From contig NC_068983.1 of assembly GCF_001194135.2 (NCBI RefSeq), forward strand, positions 142,029,600-142,093,599: DNA of 64,000 nt, read 5' to 3'. The notes under the pieces are model-generated. The model saw only the letters and a list, made by a program, of their open reading frames with translations. It searched no databases and was not told where the DNA came from. Numbering within the stretch: the stretch's first letter is position 1; each line of letters begins with the position of its first letter. The DNA comes from Octopus bimaculoides. Taxonomy: Eukaryota. Shown here in pieces: positions 63,050 to 64,000 of the stretch. Position numbers and translations under genes: made by a program.

Positions 63050-63297
63050 AATAATACGCAGAAACCAGATGTGGGATTCAAGGCTTTATAGGACACACAC
63101 GTTTTAGCAAAATGTTAAAATGGCGAAATAATTACGTAACAAGTTAAGACGTTGTGCAACCATACATTTCACTGAGCCCGATTTTGGTTACACACACACG
63201 CACTTATACAATATATAACAATACAATCACTCTCGTAGTACACCGCCATATAATGTAACCAACAATTGCTGTACATCAACCCGACTAACACCATCAC

Positions 63298-63326
63298 TGC
63301 TACTGCTGCTGCTACTACTACTACTG

Positions 63327-63394
<68 letters not shown>
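63298..63394. repeat. (TAC)n/(TGC)n microsatellite
   Basis: Seen directly; explains the poly-Val ORF 63169..63432. Confidence 0.98.
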
Positions 63395-63395
<1 letters not shown>

Positions 63396-64000
63396 AACCT
63401 TCATCCACCTCACCATCCATCACACCAACCACAACAAAATAGTTACTTGTACGTGAGGTGTGAAAGAGTTGGCTGCTATCTTTAACAGATTAAACAACCA
63501 CGTAGGGACTCCCTCTTCGACTTGTATCCCTCCCCCCACCATACTCCCTACAAAAAGGACAATCACAGCTGGAACGCTTTTGATCATTGATCATTGATTT
63601 TCTGTATCAGAACTTACCAGGGGCTAAAAACTCACACACCGCTTCCATGCTTATTAAAACATCTTCACCTTCTGTAGCAGTAGTACCTTTTCTAGCAACA
63701 CAAATGCCACTTTGGCCACCACTACCAGCTCCACAACCAGCATTGGATCTTGTTCAAAACGGGGGCACCAGTTTTCATTTGTTTTATGTAGTGTTTTTGG
63801 TACCGAAAGACTTTCAAACTTCGTATACTTATCTATTTTGTGTTATAGAACAGAAAAAAATTTTTGTATTTCATGTAAAAAATTGTCTTATTTCGATAAT
63901 TTCAACCAATCACTGACAAGTATTCAGCTGTTTACAGTTACTCCTAAGCGGTGTAAAGCGTATTTAATCTCCATTACTTCTGACATTTTGCAGAGAGGCA

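Noticed and set aside
63169-63432. Poly-Val ORF (and poly-Phe ORF 17509-17841)
   Set aside because: Translations of trinucleotide microsatellites.

Overview
AT-rich, microsatellite- and retroposon-dense animal genomic DNA with six N-gaps. The repeat families suggest an octopod cephalopod (inference). One protein-coding gene is supported: a + strand PHTF-family gene (PHTF1/PHTF2 orthologue, a multi-pass membrane protein). It has 16 coding exons from 9386/9407 to 49899, about 890 aa, and reading phase is consistent at every visible junction. One exon lies partly in an assembly gap and one intron is GC-AG. The rest is intronic or intergenic: tRNA-derived SINEs with swapped head/tail modules, decayed RTE-clade and CR1/Jockey-type LINE pieces, two near-full-length dead mariners (one nested in an RTE), MITEs and fold-back elements. 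The most notable unannotated items are a complete minimal type I hammerhead ribozyme motif in the sense strand of a PHTF intron (20335-20396), long inverted retroposon pairs, a perfect 21-bp hairpin, and a degenerate repeat array in the proximal 3' UTR. I found no evidence for a wholly new multi-gene system. All similarity calls are by eye from recalled family motifs; no searches were run.
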